The notes under the pieces: model-generated | What the model was told of the DNA's origin: nothing | The model's database searches: none | What the model saw: the letters and a program-made list of their open reading frames with translations, nothing else | Part shown: one piece after another, positions 22,651-27,550 of the stretch | Numbering within the stretch: the stretch's first letter is position 1 | Layout of the letters: each line of letters begins with the position of its first letter | Assembly: GCF_006345805.1 (NCBI RefSeq) | Contig: NW_021833476.1 | Coordinates: 1 to 27,550 of the forward strand | Reading direction: 5' to 3' | DNA from: Octopus sinensis | Lineage: Eukaryota | DNA: 27,550 bases | Made by a program: the position numbers and the translations under genes

Positions 22651-24339
22651 CAGGGGTGGCCAACCGGTCGATCGCGGCATGTTTCGTGGTCGATCGCTCG
22701 ATATATAAATTGCTAATTATTTTTTTTGTATTTAAATTATTATAAAAAAATATTTATCAATATTAAAGTAAGTATTTTTCACGTGTCTTGTTATGAGGTG
22801 TAACAAAAAGTCCAAATCATATAAATTTAATGCCAAATGGGAAAAAGACTATATTTTTACGATGCACATGGAAAAATGCACATGTATGCTATGCAATAAA
22901 ATCATTTCATTACCAAAAAGGGGAAATCTTTGTCGGCATTTTAATTTTTTACATGCCGAGTTCAACAAACACTTTCCTTTAAATTCCTTATTACGGGAAG
23001 AGAAAGTTGAACAATTAAAAAATCTTTTTTTCACAACATACAATTTTGAAAAAGTTTATTAATTCGTCCAGATCTGCAACAATTGCATCATTGCGAGTGA
23101 CTCGTCTCCTCGTAAAACACAAAAAACCTTTCACTGATGGGGAAATTTTAAAATCTTGTTTTTTGGAAGCTGCCGATTCACTATTTGATGGTATGAAAAA
23201 TAAACAGGAAATTTCAAATTGCATCAAAGAGCTTCAGCTCTCAAAACAGTCAATTGTCAGAAGGGCTGAAAGCATTTCTGAAAATCTTCTTTCGCAGTTA
23301 AAAAAGGATCTTTACGCATGTTCGTGTTTTTCTCTACAGTTTGACGAATCAAACGATGCTATTGATATCGCCCAACTATGTGTATTTTCCCGTTTAATCT
23401 TCCATGATCTAACTGTCAAGGAAGAGTTATTTGCTATTATACCTATGAAAAAAAGAACAACTGGTGAAAATATTTATAATTCTTTCAAAACGTTTTTGTT
23501 ATCATTCGAATTATTACCGTTAATGAAGAAACTTGTATTCATAACAACAGATGGAGCCCCTGCAATGATTGGGAATCAAAATGGATTTATTGCATTTTGT
23601 CGGAAAGATGAACATTTTCCGAAATTTTTATCATATCATTGCATCATTCACCAACATGCATTATGTGGGAAAATGTTAAATTTCAACTATGTTATGGAGA
23701 CAACAGTTAAAATTATTAATTCCATCCGAGCCAAGCCCCTACAAAGAAGATTATTTCGACTTTTTTTAGAACAAGTCGATGCAATCTATGGCGATCTACC
23801 TTTACATTGTGACATAAGATGGTTAAGCAAGGGATTAATTCTCAGTCGTTTCAGAGAATTATTATCATACATTAAAGAATTTTCTAAAGAATTTAGCAAG
23901 ATTTTTGACGTTGATCGAAGAAAAAGTCAAATAGAAATTATAAATCTAAAAAATGACATCACTTTAAAATTACATTCAAATGTCAACATGTGGAAATTTA
24001 TGTCTCAGGAAAAATATCCAATTTTGATTGATTCGTATCAACGAATTCTTTCATGCTTTGGAAGCACATATTTATCCGAAACATCATTTTCAAGTATGAA
24101 AATGATAAAATCTCAATACAGGACACGTTTAACGGATGACCATCTTGGGGATTGCATGAGAATAGCAATAAGCTTATACGAGCCAGAATTTGAAATAATC
24201 GCAAGTGAATTACAATGCCAAAAATCGCATTAATTTTTAATTGTAAAATAAAATTTTTGATATTAAAATATATAAGTCGATCTCCAAAAAATCGCAAAAT
24301 GAAAAGTAGCTCGCCGGTGAAAAAGGTTGGCCACCCCTG
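22651..24339 (+). mobile_element. hAT (Charlie/Buster-like) DNA transposon, defective
   Basis: 15-bp TIRs CAGGGGTGGCCAACC / GGTTGGCCACCCCTG; exact 8-bp TSD ATCTAGGT (22643-50, 24340-47). ORFs 22793-23062 (C..C..RH..H finger) and 23046-24233 (QFDES, TTDGAPAM, HCIIHQ, RWLS, STYLSETSFS) are joined by a frameshift in a T-run; an apparent internal deletion follows RFRELL. Confidence 0.95.
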
Positions 24340-24373
24340 ATCTAGGTACATCTGTGATCATTGTTAGAGATGA

Positions 24374-24745
24374 TGTCGCTCTGTTAGACACATAATAAAG
24401 CGTGTGGCTACCAAACATTTTTAGGAATTCAATCAAAAGAGTAATGACATCGACATCATTGTCACCGAATATGAAGATCGCTTCTTTTCTCTCAATGACT
24501 TGCATCACCCGATGGACTGCAATATTCATACATAGAAATTAATCTGTCACCAGTAAATTTGGGATTTTTGCATTAAGACTTAATGCCTTAATGATTAAGG
24601 TATTTGTAGATCACTTCATAAGACTGAGAACCTCTAGAAACAAGAACCTGAGCCATTACCGGATGGATATTGGATTCTTTTTCAATAGAATCACACCAAT
24701 CCGGCGAATAGTCAGAATAGACTCAAAGAGGAGTAGACTCAAGGA
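24374..24745 (-). pseudogene. recJ: Bacterial RecJ ssDNA exonuclease N-terminal fragment, decayed
   Basis: After removing a 22-nt insert (24572-24593) one frame reads ESTPL*VYSDYSPDWCDSIEKESNIHPVMAQVLVSRGSQSYEVIYKYLNAKIPNLLVTD*FLCMNIAVHRVMQVIERKEAIFIFGDNDVDVITLLIEFLKMFGSHTLYYVSNRAT. This matches RecJ (A.LL..RG; M..AV.RI..AI..KE.I.I.GD.DVDG.T..LL..FL...G....YY..NR). No introns. Confidence 0.85.
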
Positions 24746-24850
24746 GTCCTTCCTCATGAGCTCAAGGTCTTCACGAATGCGATCAAATATATGATGGTAT
24801 CATTCAAAGAATAACAATGATCGTCATCCATCCGCCATAAATGAGTATGG
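24746..24850 (-). pseudogene. secF: Bacterial SecF/SecDF fragment, decayed
   Basis: atg acg atc att gt tat tct ttg aat gat acc atc ata ta ttt gat cgc att cgt gaa gac ctt gag ctc atg agg aag. Restoring two 1-nt deletions gives MTIIGYSLNDTIIIFDRIREDLELMRK, the conserved SecF GYS.NDT...FDR.RE motif. Confidence 0.85.
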
Positions 24851-24905
24851 AAGCTGAACTGCTATGTTTTAGAAAGTAACAGAATAAAAAATGAATAATA
24901 AAAGA

Positions 24906-25307
24906 TGTATAGGGTTTTCCGAGTTTTAACGTCAAAGCCCAAGCATTAGTGTTGACGCATCAAGCATTAGTGTTAATTCTCAAGAATTCTGTGTTAAAAG
25001 TAAAAGCTACATATGGACTGCTGAAGTCATTCCAAATTTTAATATTGAATATTTACCATCATACTCTCCTTTTATGTATCATTGAGAATATATTTGCATT
25101 AAGGTATTCTCCGGATAAAAGCGTCTTGTAATTTCCGAGAATGTCAACAGCGAAATAAAGTTGAAAAATGAATAGAACTTTGTTTTTTAGACCGTCGACA
25201 CGAATGCTTGATGCATTAACACTAATTCTAGATCCGTAAGCACTAATGCTGGTACATTAACACTAATGCTTGCGGTTTTTACGTTAAAGCTCGGGAAACC
25301 CTATACA
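24906..25307. mobile_element. Non-autonomous TIR element (MITE), ~400 bp
   Basis: ~49-bp imperfect TIRs TGTATAGGGTTTTCCGAGTTTTAACGTCAAAGCCCAAGCATTAGTGTT / AACACTAATGCTTGCGGTTTTTACGTTAAAGCTCGGGAAACCCTATACA, with subterminal GCATTAGTGTT repeats in inverted orientation at both ends. No clear TSD. Confidence 0.8.
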
Positions 25308-25519
25308 GTCCGACCTCAGCCCAATAAATCTCGGCCTTGGGGCACCTTCCATATTTGGGGCACTTTTTTAATAAAATCCATTTTATAGCAGCTTATTTAA
25401 TAGAATACTAAATTAAAATATTATCGACCCCGCTTATTGGGGCATTTTTTAAAATAATTTTGTTTTGAACTTTTCAGGATTTGAGACAAAATGGAATTTC
25501 AATTTCCGGATTCGGCGAT

Positions 25520-25640
25520 AAAATTACCTTGAAGACGCATAACCGGAGGGAGGCGAGCTGGCTCTTCAAGCGCGTTTCGGTCTCTATTCTACGTCGGAAC
25601 TGCCTCTCGATTCGTCGGACTGACTCCCGGGTCCAATAGC
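25520..25640 (+). mobile_element. CRE-like non-LTR extreme 3' remnant
   Basis: THNRREASWLFKRVSVSILRRNCLSIRR. Confidence 0.7.
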
Positions 25641-25665
25641 TCTACTAATTCTGATTCATTTCTTT

Positions 25666-25900
25666 TTTTACAATTGGTTACGAAAAATTAATGATGAAAT
25701 GTTTTCACAAAATAGAAAAATTTTAATTCTTCCTGATAATGCTACTTGTCATAGATGTCTAAATATTCAAATCTTACTTTCCTAAAATTCCAAAGAATAC
25801 ATTCTTAACTCCTTGATATGGGGATCGTCAATTTTTTTCAACTATCTTTTTCAAATGTCCTATATGAAGAAATTTGTATTGGCGATTTTATGAAAATTAT
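25666..25900 (+). mobile_element. pogo/Tigger (DDE_1) transposase remnant
   Basis: NWLRKINDEMFSQNRKILILPDNATCH..LLDMGIV. Confidence 0.7.
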
Positions 25901-26689
25901 TATGAGACATGAATATAAATATGCGACAGTTATCATATTTGTAGGATAAGTATGAAATCGAGTGAATAAAAAAAATGATTTCGAAATTAATAAACATTCA
26001 ATCTGAACTATTGGAGACTATATTTCAAATGTAGTGAAAATATATTTTGATGGAACTGAAAATGGCTCTCAATTATATGATAATGAATATAGTAAACATA
26101 TGCAATTGTATTTTTTGGAAGGCTTTGACGTTACGAAGAGGAGAAATTCTTCTATTAAAAAGCCTATATTATAACTGGGATGCAAGGTTACAAAATTATA
26201 AGCGAACTTTTTACTTGCTCATGAAATATTATTAACAAAATTTTTTTGATAACAAGCACTACTGTTGGACTATTTTTTTAAATAATTTAAGAAGCTTAAA
26301 TGTAAAGTAAAGATGTGCGGTTGTTTTTTTGAATAGCTTTTTTTACGATGCAAAAATAAATTCTCATGAGATTCAACGCCTACATTACTCATTGTTAAAA
26401 CGGAACCAATTTTAACTAAGGTTAAACTATTTAATTAAGGCATTCACCCCTTATTGTTGGAAATCATTCTCCTTGTTTAGATGTTGTTATATGTTCTATA
26501 GCTTCTATAGCTTTAAGTATCAAAATATCTAAAGTGCACTTTAATAGGTAAAAATTATTTTATCTCACTAAAAATTTCGGAAACAGACAACATGTCGGTT
26601 CATAAATCCTATAAAAATTCATTAAATTATACTACAACTTATTCCATCAAAAAGCATATGCAAAAACCGATTCCAAGAATAAAAAAATT

Positions 26690-26970
26690 ATAAAGACTGT
26701 GTGTCTTTTATGCTTTGTTCAAATATGACCGGAAGTCATAAATTAAAACCAGTTATGTTTTAGAAATTTTAACTATGGATTTCTAGTCTCATATTATAGC
26801 TCACAAGCTTGGATGACTGCATCTATATTTATTGATTGAATTATCAGTTTTGATCTCTAGCTTAAAATTAAAAAGAAAATTTTATTTCTAATAGACCACT
26901 GTCCTGCACATTGTATCCCTCAAAATTAAATATTGAAGGAACTTATTTATGTATTAAAACCAAAGACGGA
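26690..26970 (+). mobile_element. Second pogo/Tigger (DDE_1) transposase remnant
   Basis: KDCVSFMLCSNMTGSHKLKPV..SQAWMTASIFID*I..KKILFLIDHCPAH. Confidence 0.75.
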
Positions 26971-27187
26971 TAAGCCAGTTAATTATAATAATTCCCGTGA
27001 TCGCCGATCCAAACGAGGGAGATCCTACTGAAAGGTTCGATCCTGCCACATGATCGGCCTGAGACGACGATGTCCCAGGGTCTGAGATTACACCCCTCGA
27101 CATTAATCCGGAAGTTAATAAATCGTCATTTTTATTATCAAATTTAGAAAAAAAAACCTTTGAGCATATAGTTTTTCTATATTTTTT

Positions 27188-27550
27188 ATGGTCTGGGGAT
27201 GCTTTCTATTGGAATGGGTTCGTTATGTTCATTGATGAAAAAATAAACTCAGGACAATATATAAACATTCTTGCTAACAATCTGGAAAAATCAGCCATTA
27301 AAATGGGATTAAACAGCTTCATTTCCAGCAAGATAATGCCCCATGTCATACTTCGAAAGAACAAAGGAGTATTTTTCTGCAACAAAATTAATTTACTCGA
27401 TGGCCGCTCAATCCCCCGATATGAATCCCATTGAACATATTTGGTCAAAAATAAATATGAATTATCGAGGGATGATACAGAAAATCGACAAAAAATAAAC
27501 ATCAACAAAAGGAGAAAATATTAGAAATTGGAATAAATTCAATTGATTTT
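27188..27550 (+). mobile_element. Tc1-like transposase C-terminal remnant
   Basis: MVWGCF..FIDEKINSGQYINIL..FQQDNAPCHTSK..QSPDMNPIEHIW with frameshifts. Confidence 0.85.

Overview
AT-rich eukaryotic genomic DNA from an organism with extremely short spliceosomal introns. Seventeen GT-AG introns of 21-31 nt (nine exactly 25 nt) were reconstructed by hand in three well-supported genes, so the supplied ORF track fragments every real gene. These genes are the 3' part of an atypical Rho-family GTPase (4-586,+), a ~471-aa multi-Ig type I membrane protein (5786-7357,-) and a complete 345-aa DNAAF4/DYX1C1 (11844-13070,-) in a GC-richer island. Tiny introns plus DNAAF4 suggest a ciliated/flagellated, genome-reduced animal-like parasite such as a dicyemid; a myxozoan is the alternative (inference only). 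The rest is largely transposon debris: eight 3' ends of CRE-like non-LTR elements, three R4-like RLE fragments, Tc1/IS630, pogo/Tigger and hAT remnants, a Ginger-like element with TIRs, 5-bp TSD and a host-sized intron, a TIR MITE, and a hAT element with an 8-bp TSD. There is also a deleted cathepsin L pseudogene. The standout observation is a decayed bacterial secF(secDF)-recJ fragment (about 24374-24850,-). Its motifs look chlamydial from recall, and it is flanked by eukaryotic transposons, which suggests bacterial DNA integrated into the nuclear genome. No rRNA, tRNA or CRISPR array was seen.
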